A stretch of DNA of 63,967 nt, filler included, from Lenisia limosa (lineage: Eukaryota; Protista; Breviatea), in assembly GCA_001655205.1 (NCBI GenBank). It is 25 parts of 25 records of this genome, joined end to end, with 100 filler letters (N's around TTAATTAATTAA, not from the genome) between each part and the next. Parts side by side here need not be neighbours in the genome. Positions count along the whole stretch, not along the records: positions 35,286 to 39,248 come from LPNZ01011182.1; positions 39,349 to 41,330 come from LPNZ01001709.1; positions 41,431 to 45,830 come from LPNZ01007476.1; positions 45,931 to 47,145 come from LPNZ01011438.1; positions 47,246 to 49,262 come from LPNZ01007196.1; positions 49,363 to 51,892 come from LPNZ01002985.1; 19 more parts are not named here. One strand, given 5' to 3'. The translations under genes were made by a program, and so were the position numbers. Within the stretch, counting starts at the first letter, position 1. Each line of letters begins with the position of its first letter. The notes below the pieces were generated by a model. The model searched no databases, was not told the origin of the DNA, and was given only the letters and a program-made list of their open reading frames with translations. Below, one piece after another: positions 37,009-49,642 of this stretch.

Positions 37009-39178
37009 TGGTGTAGTTGCTTGCAGTCAGGCGGAACCGGAATTTGGATTCGAACAAACGAGTGAGTGTGTCAGTACATCGGAGGATGTATTTCGACTCT
37101 TCAGTTTCTGGGGAGGGGGGGTCAGATGGATTGTCATATGACCGGCATTTCTCAGTCCCGATAAGTTTGGGTTACTTCTAAGTAATTCAATATATCTTAT
37201 AAGCGTGANNNNNNNNNNNNNNNNNNNNNNNNNNNNNNNNNNNNNNNNNNNNNNNNNNNNNNNNNNNNNNNNNNNNNNNNNNNNNNNNNNNNNNNNAATC
37301 ATATGCACTGTGAGTAATATTATAAGTATTATTTTACAAATATCATGATAGACATTATTATAGACTGTATTGTATATACAGTGACCGGGATAAGTCTTGA
37401 CCTTTTTCCTTCAGGAATTACACAGCAAATCGGTCAGGACACACCCCGGTCAGTGTACATATCGATATGATGCAGCAACACATAAGCCCGAGTGTGCCTA
37501 CCAATGGTGGTGTTGTACAGACGCGCGTTGTCCAGCATTTTGGTAAAGTCTTCCCTGAATGCTGTGCGGTCACCGTAGTAGCCTGAGTGCACACGTTCGG
37601 TTATCATTCGTAGGTCTGAGAAATAAAACGAAGGAAACTTCGATGAAGCATATTGGCGAAAAGGTACTAATCACGAAGGGTGGTGTTAGCTATCCTACAG
37701 AGGATTGAGGCGGACTGGGATTTCCCCCTCCAAACCAATAGGCTCTTTGATGAGTGTGTGGTAACCTTCAACTGACTCATGAACTGGTCCTCGGAAGGGA
37801 CTGTGACGTTAATAATTTGGGGTCTCTTTTAACAAAAAATGAAACAAAAGAAGTATGGTAATTTTTTATGGTTTCCCTATGAATTTTTTTGTTTCCCAAG
37901 ATTTCTAAAGTATATGCATATTATTGCTCTTGTTTTCAAAAAAAAAAATACAAAAAGAAATCCCACTCCCCACTCGGAACAAGGCTGGCTCATAGCGTCC
38001 TCAATGATGCAGAGAAGCGTGCGTTGGAAGCGGAGCTGGTTCTTCATATCCCCCGTATGACTAGGCGGTTAGCGCTGTATGACTGGGGGGTTAGAACTAG
38101 GGCTTCACTTCGGTTCGAAAAAAAGAAAATTTTTCTCGAAAAATCGTCGAAAACTGTCGACAGTTAACCAGTATTTTTCGAACCGAAGTGAAACCCTAGT
38201 TAGAGCGGTATGACTGGGAGGGGTTGTGAAAGTATTTTATGCCAGGGGCGGGGGGGGGGGGGGGNNNNNNNNNNNNNNNNNNNNNNNNNNNNNNNNNNNN
38301 NNNNNNNNNNNNNNNNNNNNNNNNNNNNNNNNNNNNNNNNNNNNNNNACACGAGGGCTGATAACAAAAACAAAACCCAGGCCAGTCGCTTCTGCAGCGCA
38401 TCCCATCACGGGGTTAAAAACGAAATTTCGATGAAAAATATTAACGTAAAGGTAATAATTATAAATCTAATAAACTGAAACTCCAAAGAAGGGGGAAAGG
38501 GGTGAAGTTGGAAAACAAAAACAGGGGGAGCAAAAGAGAAAGCACTAATACCCAAACAGATCAAAGATCCCTCCCCCACTCTTCGGGTTTCCAGCCCTTC
38601 TCCACCAGGCCCGGGATGTCGCCAGCGTGATACGCGGTACACGTCTCGAAGGTCAGGCCGGGGTAGACTGTGTTGTCTTTCTCAGCTTTGGCAATCTCAC
38701 TGAGAAGAAGCTGGGGGGAGGGGAGTGTAAAGTGTACATTAAACAAGAACAAACGGTCCGAAAAAGACCGACAAATTATCGATATTTTTCTATCGGGAAA
38801 ATCAGCCTTTTTTTGGACCGTAGGGAAGCCCTAGTAATCTGTGTATTGTACTTCCCGATATATTAAATAAATTGTCATGCCAAAAAAAAAATAGTTGATG
38901 AGTGTGATAAGCCCCAAGGGCTCCGTGCAATTAATTTTTTTAGGAAATTAATTGACAAAATTAGAAATTAAAGTGTCTGGAAGACGGTTCTCGTTACAAT
39001 ATGTACAAATTTTGAATTAATTTTAAAATTAATTGTAGGGAGCCCTAGTGATAAGTAAGAAAAGCAGTAATATGCCCACTTTGCGTGCGTATTTGTCTAC
39101 GGACGGAATGGTGCAGTAGTTGACGTGAGGGTGGATGCGGCAATGCATGAGAACTGCACCGTCATAGTCTTTGATGAA
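37001..39178 (-). CDS. GCN5: Histone acetyltransferase GCN5 (end of HAT domain, linker, bromodomain)
   Basis: FIKDYDGAVLMHCRIHPHVNY (HAT C-terminus), VYPGLTF...IPGLVEKGWKP (Ada2-binding linker) and bromodomain PFRGPV...GYHTLIKEPI|DLRMITERVHSGYY...FREDFTKMLDNARLYN. Confidence 0.9.
37379..37455. mobile_element. Family D Tc1/mariner-like MITE (TIR CAGTGACCGGGATAAGTC..., TA flanks)
   Basis: TA|CAGTG...CAGTG|TA with inverted arms. A second copy is at 36033-36105, a half copy at ~48361-48390 and tandem TIR fragments at ~63468-63612. Confidence 0.75.
38098..38198. mobile_element. Family A hAT-type MITE, TSD GTTAGAAC/GTTAGAGC
   Basis: Well-preserved TIRs and a 7/8 TSD match; inside a GCN5 intron. 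Confidence 0.88.
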
Positions 39179-39348
39179 CTAAATTGTCAGTAAACAAAAC
39201 GAACGGGTATGGCAAAGAGGCCTAATCCAAATCATTCACTCCACTTTCNNNNNNNNNNNNNNNNNNNNNNNNNNNNNNNNNNNNNNNNNNNNTTAATTAA
39301 TTAANNNNNNNNNNNNNNNNNNNNNNNNNNNNNNNNNNNNNNNNNNNN

Positions 39349-41324
<1,976 letters not shown>

Positions 41325-41716
41325 TTTGTGNNNNNNNNNNNNNNNNNNNNNNNNNNNNNNNNNNNNNNNNNNNNTTAATTAATTAANNNNNNNNNNNNNN
41401 NNNNNNNNNNNNNNNNNNNNNNNNNNNNNNAACAAAACAAACAACGCCCAGGCCAGTCGTTTCTGCAACCCCGCATCCCATCACTCCAACGTAAGGGGAG
41501 GGGGGTGAGATGGGTGATGGGAAAATACTAACGTATTCATACATAGGAGTTTTGAACATTTAGAATTAATACGGAAGAGGTGAAAGTGAAGATCTTATTA
41601 GTGCTTCTTTGGTAATAAAAAAATAAAAGCAAAGACTGAGTAGTTAAGGGAGTAAATATTTAAGGAACATTTCTATGCTTTACTCCTCAATAGAAAACTC
41701 CGAGTAACAAAAGGAA

Positions 41717-41882
41717 GATCATCATCACCACTACTACTATCACCATCGTCATCATCACCACTACTATCATCACCAACATCATCATCAACACCATCGTCAT
41801 CGTCATCATCGTCATCATCACTATCATTATCATCATCACCACCACCATCATCACCACCATCATCGTCACCATCACGATCATT
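41717..41882. repeat. Degenerate (CAT/CAC)n trinucleotide tract, probably intronic
   Basis: Direct read; lies beside a C-run and gap, among similar low-complexity sequence. Confidence 0.8.
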
Positions 41883-42436
41883 CAACCCCCCCCCCCCNNN
41901 NNNNNNNNNNNNNNNNNNNNNNNNNNNNNNNNNNNNNNNNNNNNNNNNNNNNNNNNNNNNNNNNNNNNNNNNNNNNNNNNNNNNNNNNNNNNNNNNNNNN
42001 NNNNNNNNNNNNNNNNNNNNNNNNNNNNNNNNATAATGATGATGATGAGATGAAAAATGATAATCATGATGATGATGGTATGCTAATCATAATTATGGGC
42101 GTATGGTGTGGACATTGATGATTTTGAACTGTGAGTAAAATTGGATAATTTATGAAACAAAAAAGCCAAAATCAACTCGTTGGCTGCACATGAGCGTTGA
42201 TAACAACAAAACAAAACAAACAAAGGCCAGGCCAGTCGNNNNNNNNNNNNNNNNNNNNNNNNNNNNNNNNNNNNNNNNNNNNNNNNNNNNNNNNNNNNNN
42301 NNNNNNNNNNNNNNNNNNNNNNNNNNNNNNNNNNNNNNNNNNNNNNNNNNNNNNNNNNNNNNATTACCTTGCCACATTATTCAAAAGAGTTTCAGCGATA
42401 ACCCCATTACCCAGATACTCTTGTGCCTCAAATTAC

Positions 42437-43141
42437 CTTGACGCTTTATTCAAAAGAGTTTCAGCAATGACTCGTTTGTCAGTCGCTTCCTTCATGATTC
42501 CGAAGATTTCGCTGGCGTCTTTGATTATGCGCTCCTCCAATGGGTATAGTGTTATTCCTGTGGGATGTCAGAATGTGATTCCTGCGGGGTGTCAGAAGGG
42601 CTTCTCTCAAATCCAAAAGGTCAGGTGAAATATTGATCTTTTTCGAGGATTTCTCAAAGAGTCAATATGTTTTTAACCAAAGTGAATCCGCTGATATCAG
42701 GATATGATTCCTGAGGGATGTTGGATGGTGATTTAAGAGGATATTTGAGCCAACGTAGGGATTCACTTCGATTCGAAAAAAGACTGAATTTCTTGACAAA
42801 TCCTAGTAAACTATCGATATTTTACCGAGTTTTTTTGGCCTGAAGTGAAGCCCCAATCCTAAGGGATGTATAGCACATTACATACTCATGCATATATGCT
42901 ATAAAATCATACATCGATTATATTCCATAGCATATGATATCATGATATGATATGCATATATATACAGTACATGTATACTACTAGTTGTATATGTTAGAGC
43001 ATGAAATGAAGTATTGATGATAATAATGGATTGTAACAACATGAGATACAAGTCGTCGTATGCTATCATAATCCTGAGTCCCTAACAACTTTCAATAGTG
43101 TGGGAATACCTTTATTGTATCCATAATAATAATAATAATAA

Positions 43142-43172
<31 letters not shown>

Positions 43173-45115
43173 AAGAAGAAGAAGAAGAAGAAGNNNNNNN
43201 NNNNNNNNNNNNNNNNNNNNNNNNNNNNNNNNNNNNNNNNNNNNNNNNNNNNNNNNNNNNNNNNNNNNNNNNNNNNNNNNNNNNNNNNNNNNNNNNNNNN
43301 NNNNNNNNNNNNNNNNNNNNNNNNNNNNNNNNNNNNNNNNNNNNNNNNNNNNNNNNNNNNNNNNNNNNNNNNNNNNNNNNNNNNNNNNNNNNNNNNNNNN
43401 NNNNNNNAGCTCCTCGTTGTAAAGCTCGAGATATGATACCTGGCAAAGATGACAGGTTGTTTATAAACACCCAAAGCTCTGTGTAGGTCTTTTATTATTA
43501 TAATAACACCTGGGGTGGAAGGTTGTAATATAATTATATACATGTATATATAGTAGTGGGAAACAAAAAAACAAAGTTGTCCACACCATTGCTCTTATAA
43601 GAGGTATTGGATAATAGGTTGGTTGTAAGTAGGGCTTCACTTCGGTTCGAAAAAGACTGAATTTCTTGATAAATCCTCGATAATTATCGATATTTTACAG
43701 GTATTTTTCGAATCGAAGTGAAGCCCTAGCTGTAAAAATAATGAGACCCTGAAAAAAAGCGAGGTGCTCTATCAGATTGGGAACGAAATAAGAAAAACAG
43801 AACAAAAAAAAAAAAAAAANNNNNNNNNNNNNNNNNNNNNNNNNNNNNNNNNNNNNNNNNNNNNNNNNNNNNNNNNNNNNNNNNNNNNNNNNNNNNNNNN
43901 NNNNNNNNNTCTTGGTTGGATTCCAAATCGTTGAAGATCCGGGCTACTGCCCTGGGGTGAGGGGGTAAGTGGAAATTTTACAAAACGTTTAAATGACAAT
44001 TCTTGGGGGGGGAGTAAAAATGAAAATAACGTAAAAACACAAACGCGAAAGTAAATAACAACATCAAAGGGTTTTAAACAACAAGTCATACAAAGTATGG
44101 GTCAATCGCTTCCTGGGGAGGTTAAAGGAGAATATCAGGGAGAGATTAAACTGATTTTTTTCTATAAAAAATTATCAAAAAAAATAATAAAAAAGAAAAA
44201 CGTCAACTTTGAATGCAAAAGAATTGAGAAACTCATTAGGAAAATGAATATGTCTATAGCGTGGGATAATATTGAGATAGAAATGTGTAAAGATGAGTAA
44301 TAAAAATAGGAAGTATTATGGCCGAAGCCGTGAACACCTTATTGATTAGAGTTTTATATTCAACTCTCTGCATACGGTTTTCTGCTTGCCTCCCCAACAT
44401 ACGCTGCTATCAAAACCAAAAAACATTCTCAAGTATTTCAAAATGAAAACGTCCAGAATATAACAACGTGACATAAACGTCACCACTAACAAAAAAGATG
44501 AAAGAGAATAATCTCTAACCGTTCAACGGTTGGAAGAGAATCTGCAACAAAAACTCTCCCTCTATCAGACCAGTCCACATCCGTAACACCAGCGCGCAAA
44601 CCGAGGAACAATCCCAGCAAGTGGGCCGATTACGTTTCCTTTGCATCCGTCCGGAGCTCCCTCCATCGTAAACGTCTTTCCCGTGCCTGTTTGACCTAAG
44701 ATGTGAGATCGTGATGGAAATGAGGCTGGCTTACCGTAGGCAAACACCGTGCAGTTGTAGCCCTGAAGAGCCTAAATATGGTGAGAAGGGACGAGGAAGA
44801 GTCTGACACAAACCTCATCAACGATCGGTGCAACGGCGCCCTCAAAAACCGACTCTTGCGTATCAACTGGAGTGAACACCTAAAGTAAACATATATTAGC
44901 AGGCGATATTCTGTAATAGTGCCAACTTTGTCGAAATGATAGCTTTTGTCGTAAACTGTTGACTTGGAATGACCTTTGTACTTCAGATTAACCATACAAT
45001 TGCCTTTATCAACAGTGAGAGCCGGGACTCTGTTCTCAGCAACCTCTTGGCTGTTCATAGGTCGGCATCTAGCGATGACCTGGATGGGGATTCCATCCTT
45101 TTTGGGTTTCACCAT
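42437..45115 (-). CDS. Kinesin-5 (BimC/Eg5 family) motor, N-terminal part
   Basis: ATG 45115: [11 protein letters not shown]...YHFDK|VF...[15 protein letters not shown]|[13 protein letters not shown]|[12 protein letters not shown]...AGIVPR|AVARIF...|[11 protein letters not shown]...|[27 protein letters not shown] is typical of kinesin-5. Confidence 0.9.
43123..43193. repeat. Compound (AAT)n(AAG)n microsatellite
   Basis: Direct read; intronic in the kinesin gene. Confidence 0.95.
43630..43728. mobile_element. Family A hAT-type MITE, TSD GTTGTAAG/GCTGTAAA
   Basis: Near-consensus copy with a 6/8 TSD match; inside a kinesin intron. Confidence 0.88.
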
Positions 45116-45939
45116 TTGTTTTAGCTGCTAAAAAACTAAAATTGGGGGGAAATCTGGCGAAAAAACTCAGAACCAAAACACCAAGGATCTGAGGATCTTC
45201 CTCACTCTGCTTAGCAGCCCCTTTTCCGCTTTTTCAGCCCTTTCAATAAAAATTCGATAATAATGAAGCTACTACTAAAAGACGAGGGCTAAATAAAGCT
45301 TTGTAATGTGTGTGTAGTTTAGCTTACTCTTCTCTTCCCCTTTAACTGTAAGCGTTGTAAGCTCCTTCCCCTTGTGCGTGTTGTTTCAGAGGTGTTTTCA
45401 GGATTATTGCATTGTATTGTTCTTTGTTTTCAACTTTGGTTGGACTTTATTTCTCACATTTTGAGATTCACTTATGTTCATAAAAGATTGGTTAAATATC
45501 GATCATTTACGAGTTCATTGAGAATTTCGGTCCTTTTTATATGAACCGAAGTGAAGTCTTGGTAACATTCCAGGGGGAAATGACATCCGCTCCTGTCCTT
45601 GAAGCCTTTGTCATCAGCGGTGGGGGGGATAGGGTTGTACAGCTGCTTCTGGCATCGTCAAAGCAGCATTTTTTTCAACATCTCCCTAAGTTTTCCCTTG
45701 TTTGATTTCCCATCCAAAAGACTGAATACTCGGTGTAACATATACATGTACAAACATACATGTACATTCACATCTTTTGAAACCAGACTGAAGCTCGCTA
45801 TATTTTCCCTTGTTTTTTTTTTTTTTTTTTNNNNNNNNNNNNNNNNNNNNNNNNNNNNNNNNNNNNNNNNNNNNTTAATTAATTAANNNNNNNNNNNNNN
45901 NNNNNNNNNNNNNNNNNNNNNNNNNNNNNNGAAGTAAAG

Positions 45940-47090
45940 GATCAGCTTTTGTCTACGCCGTTTGAATATTCGGAGCTGGAGAAATAAATTATTCGGATGG
46001 AAGATGATATAATATTATAGAACACCACAAAATATGAGATTGCTTTAGAAACTTCTCTCAAAAATACAAATTCAAACATAATCTAAGTTAATATAAAATA
46101 ACACAGCGGGTTATATTGGGTAACAAAACTTCTACAAACTCAAGGCGAACCAGTGTTTTAGAAGCCATTTCCATTTTCTCCTCGGGAGTTGAGAACAGAT
46201 CAAGAAGCTCGTTTGAATCGGAAAGCTCAAGGCTAGAGGTAAATATATGTATGTACATGTCAGCAAAAAGTACCTCCAGCCCTTCAGCCTACCCAAGCAT
46301 CTCGGAAAGCAGAGGAAACATGGTGATTTCAAACTCTGTTTCGAGGGAGGACAGAAGAGTCTCACTTGCTTCTTCATCGGAAACGTTTCGTGAACTCATC
46401 CCAAGAACCTNNNNNNNNNNNNNNNNNNNNNNNNNNNNNNNNNNNNNNNNNNNNNNNNNNNNNNNNNNNNNNNNNNNNNNNNNGATTCTGAGAAATATCC
46501 AGATTGCTGGGATTAAACTGACTTTTCTGAGTACGGGAAGCCACACCGCGAGGGGTTTTGACCTGTCGATGTCTCGAGCTTTACTAGGGAGAGGGGGTGA
46601 GGAATGAGATGGTAAGAGAACCCCCCCACCCTATGGACCCATTTGATGAACATTTGATAGCCGGGTACGCATCAGCCAAGTACACGTGGCTAATACCATG
46701 CCCCATTTCCTACGCAGACACCCTCCCCTCAAAGAAAAAAATGCTCTTGGTAAGCACCGCAAAAAGCCTTCCCAGCAACCTGACTACCAAGGCCTTTTGG
46801 TCAGCCGACCGCAACGCCTCTTCCATAAGTCGGGACTTTCCAAAGCCGACCGGACCTATTGGTGCGTCAAAAGGAATGGCGAAAGCAACATAGTTTTCTT
46901 TATGATTTATGGACAATATACACTATATTGCTCCTCTTTCCCATAAAAAAAACAATCCAAACCAAAGCCCCTCCTCCCTCCTCCCCACCAGCAACAGAGA
47001 CAAAAGAAAACTCCGCACTTCCTTGGAAAAGGGTGATACTGTCCAGCAGTCGGAATAACTCTTCGGCTCTGTATGAGTGAATGAACTATT
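45940..47090 (-). CDS. STAND-class P-loop ATPase fragment resembling the AAA module of soluble adenylyl/guanylyl cyclases
   Basis: Walker A region FSFVSVAG|PVGFGKSRLMEEALR. Downstream FPLLSEMLG|LELSDSNELLDLF resembles the PLLNxxLxLxxP segment of sAC-type AAA domains. Recognised by eye only. Confidence 0.55.
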
Positions 47091-47267
47091 TCCCCCTCAT
47101 ACTTTCAACAGCTTACATTCTTTCTGTTTTACATTTGCTCATGTCNNNNNNNNNNNNNNNNNNNNNNNNNNNNNNNNNNNNNNNNNNNNTTAATTAATTA
47201 ANNNNNNNNNNNNNNNNNNNNNNNNNNNNNNNNNNNNNNNNNNNNTAGTTTTCCCTGTCAAAGGAGT

Positions 47268-49156
47268 CAATTGTCCGGGTGTACTCCGAGCAACATAGTG
47301 TCGACATTGACCTCGCGCTGAAAAAAGACAACAGTGGGATTTCTTAATAAGGAATGTCGCCTTTATATGGAATGTTGATTGAACAGGGGCTTCCTGGTAA
47401 GGAATGTTGCCTTTTATGGAATGTTAGCTATCTGGAGTGTCTGATAGAATGATGATTAATTCTGGGTGTTGAAAAAAGACAACAGTGGGAATTCTTTAAA
47501 GGAATATTGCTGATTTCTTGTGTTTTACCGTTTCCAGTTTTACCCCCCAGAGTTGATCTGGGCTTTTTTGTTTCATAAATTTCCAATTTTACTCCCTCCA
47601 GCCGTGATTGCATCCTCCATGTCCCGATACAATGAAGAGGGAATAGTGGCCAAGGTTGCACCTGGGGATTACTCCGTGGTGCTTTCCTTTTACGGGCACT
47701 CCGGTGCTGACTACGGCGTAAGGGGGTATAATGGGGGTATAATGGGGGACTATTCCAGCCTGTTTATTTAACAAGGGTCTTGATTTGACTCCTTTATCAT
47801 ATTGTAGTCTGATTTAGCTATTCCAGTCTGTTTACCCTTCATATATACTAGTTGTTTATTTAACATTGGTCTTGATTTAACCCTTCCTTCAGTTTTGCGA
47901 GTCCTTCCGTTTTGAGGCCGCAATAGCCCCCATTTCGCAGGTCGTGATCTACGAAGCCATGTGCCCCGATAGGTGGGTGGTGTAAGGATAAAAGAGTAAT
48001 GGTGATAAAAGAGGTTAGGTAGGGGTAGAACAGGTACGAGAGACTTTTTTTTNNNNNNNNNNNNNNNNNNNNNNNNNNNNNNNNNNNNNNNNNNNNNNNN
48101 NNNNNNNNNNNNNNNNNNNNNNNNNNNNNNNNNNNNNNNNNNNNNNNNNNNNNNNNNNNNNNNNNNNNNNNNNNNNNNNNNNNNNNNNNNNNNNNNNNNN
48201 NNNNNNNNNNNNNNNNNNNNNNNNNNNNNNNNNNNNNNNNNNNNNNNNNNNNNNNNNNNNNNNNNNNNNNNNNNNNNNNNNNNNNNNNNNNNNNNNNNNN
48301 NNNNNNNNNNNNNNNNNCCCTTGACGCTGATACCCAGGTGGGGAGGGGCATGAAGATATATACCGTGACTGGGATAAGTCTTACCGATTTGATTTTGGGC
48401 TTTTTTTTTTTTTTTATGTTTCACTAATTTTCCAATCTCACCCCCCACCCCACCGTAGTACTCAGTCAACCAACTGCCGCTTAAGGACCAAGCAGTGTAC
48501 CAGGAAACTGCCTTCGAAGTTAAAACCGTGGGGAGGGAGTTACACGTTGTTAGGCTTTGCCTACGGTCCAAAAGGACCGTTTAAATATCGATATTTATCG
48601 AGGATTTATCGGGAGATTCGCTCTTTTTTGGGACTGTTCTTACTCCCACCCAGTCGACAGTTCTGACGGCGTCAATCGGGGCCCATTTCCTCCTGGGAAC
48701 TGTGGGCATGCGAATTGAAGACAGCGCCGGCAAGACGCACTTCATGTCCGAGCATTTGAGAGACGCCCATTTTCTCTCGGCCGTTGTTAAGGCTGGGTCT
48801 TATAAGCTGATCATCTCCTCTGGTTGGTGTTGTGACCATTACAACATGTTATCAAAGCAATAATAGCGCCTAATCATAGGAAAGGACCTCAGTGATAGCC
48901 GATGGATGGGTCTTTTAAGCTTATCGTTTCATGGTTTTTGTTCAACAACAGAGTTGATTGTTGGCTTTTTTTTTGTTTCAGACATCACCCCTCCCCCCTC
49001 CCAGGTAATGTTGACAACGACAATACCCTCGCTGCCCCATCATACCCCTCATGCGCGCTCTTTACGCTCAATCTCCACGTGGCGCCTATTTTGGAGTCGG
49101 AAAAAAGATGTCCCCACGCTCGGCGTCTCCCTGACTCATTTGTCGGTCCTGATATG
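47268..49156 (+). CDS. Internal fragment of a large protein with repeated beta-sandwich-like modules
   Basis: Five phase-plausible exons with two similar modules: DIDLAL...IASSMSRYNEEGIVAKVAPGDYSVVLSF and VGMRIED...FMSEHLRDAHFLSAVVKAGSYKLIIS, each followed by a Cys-containing segment. Confidence 0.6.
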
Positions 49157-49642
49157 GTAAGTAACATTTTCCTTGATCTCTAATTTTTATTTTGTTGTTC
49201 TTTTTTTCTTTTTCTCTAAGACGCGTGATGGTTTGAACAGTTTCGAGCGTACATGATTATTANNNNNNNNNNNNNNNNNNNNNNNNNNNNNNNNNNNNNN
49301 NNNNNNTTAATTAATTAANNNNNNNNNNNNNNNNNNNNNNNNNNNNNNNNNNNNNNNNNNNNGTAGTGAAATAAGCGTAACGGTTCTCATGACGAATAAG
49401 GGATGAATCTGTAACATGGGGATGTAACATAAAATGTGCACAGAGTTCCATGAAAAATAACGGGCGAAGTACTAGTATTTCTCATTTTTACATGTCGATA
49501 TATAGTAATTATATGATATAATAATACTCCATAGTGTGTCTAATGATATACTAGACATCTAAGATACCTCTTCATTACTACTTTAACTCAAGAACATGTC
49601 ACTGCACACTCTATATGTATCATTTTGCGCATATTGCCGCAC

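Noticed and set aside
37975-38060. Plus-strand reading RLAHSVLNDAEKRALEAELVLHIP
   Set aside because: The minus strand gives the first bromodomain helix in phase with PFRGPV of GCN5.
38098-38125. GGTTCGA motifs as tRNA T-arms or Pol III B boxes
   Set aside because: They lie within the family A terminal inverted repeat, and no cloverleaf can be folded.
41673-41885. Asp-rich and Met/Val-rich ORFs
   Set aside because: They are translations of a CAT/CAC microsatellite with no supported splice context.
47768-48571. Longest listed ORF (267 aa, minus strand)
   Set aside because: It is inflated by a 265-N gap and is antisense to well-formed plus-strand exons.
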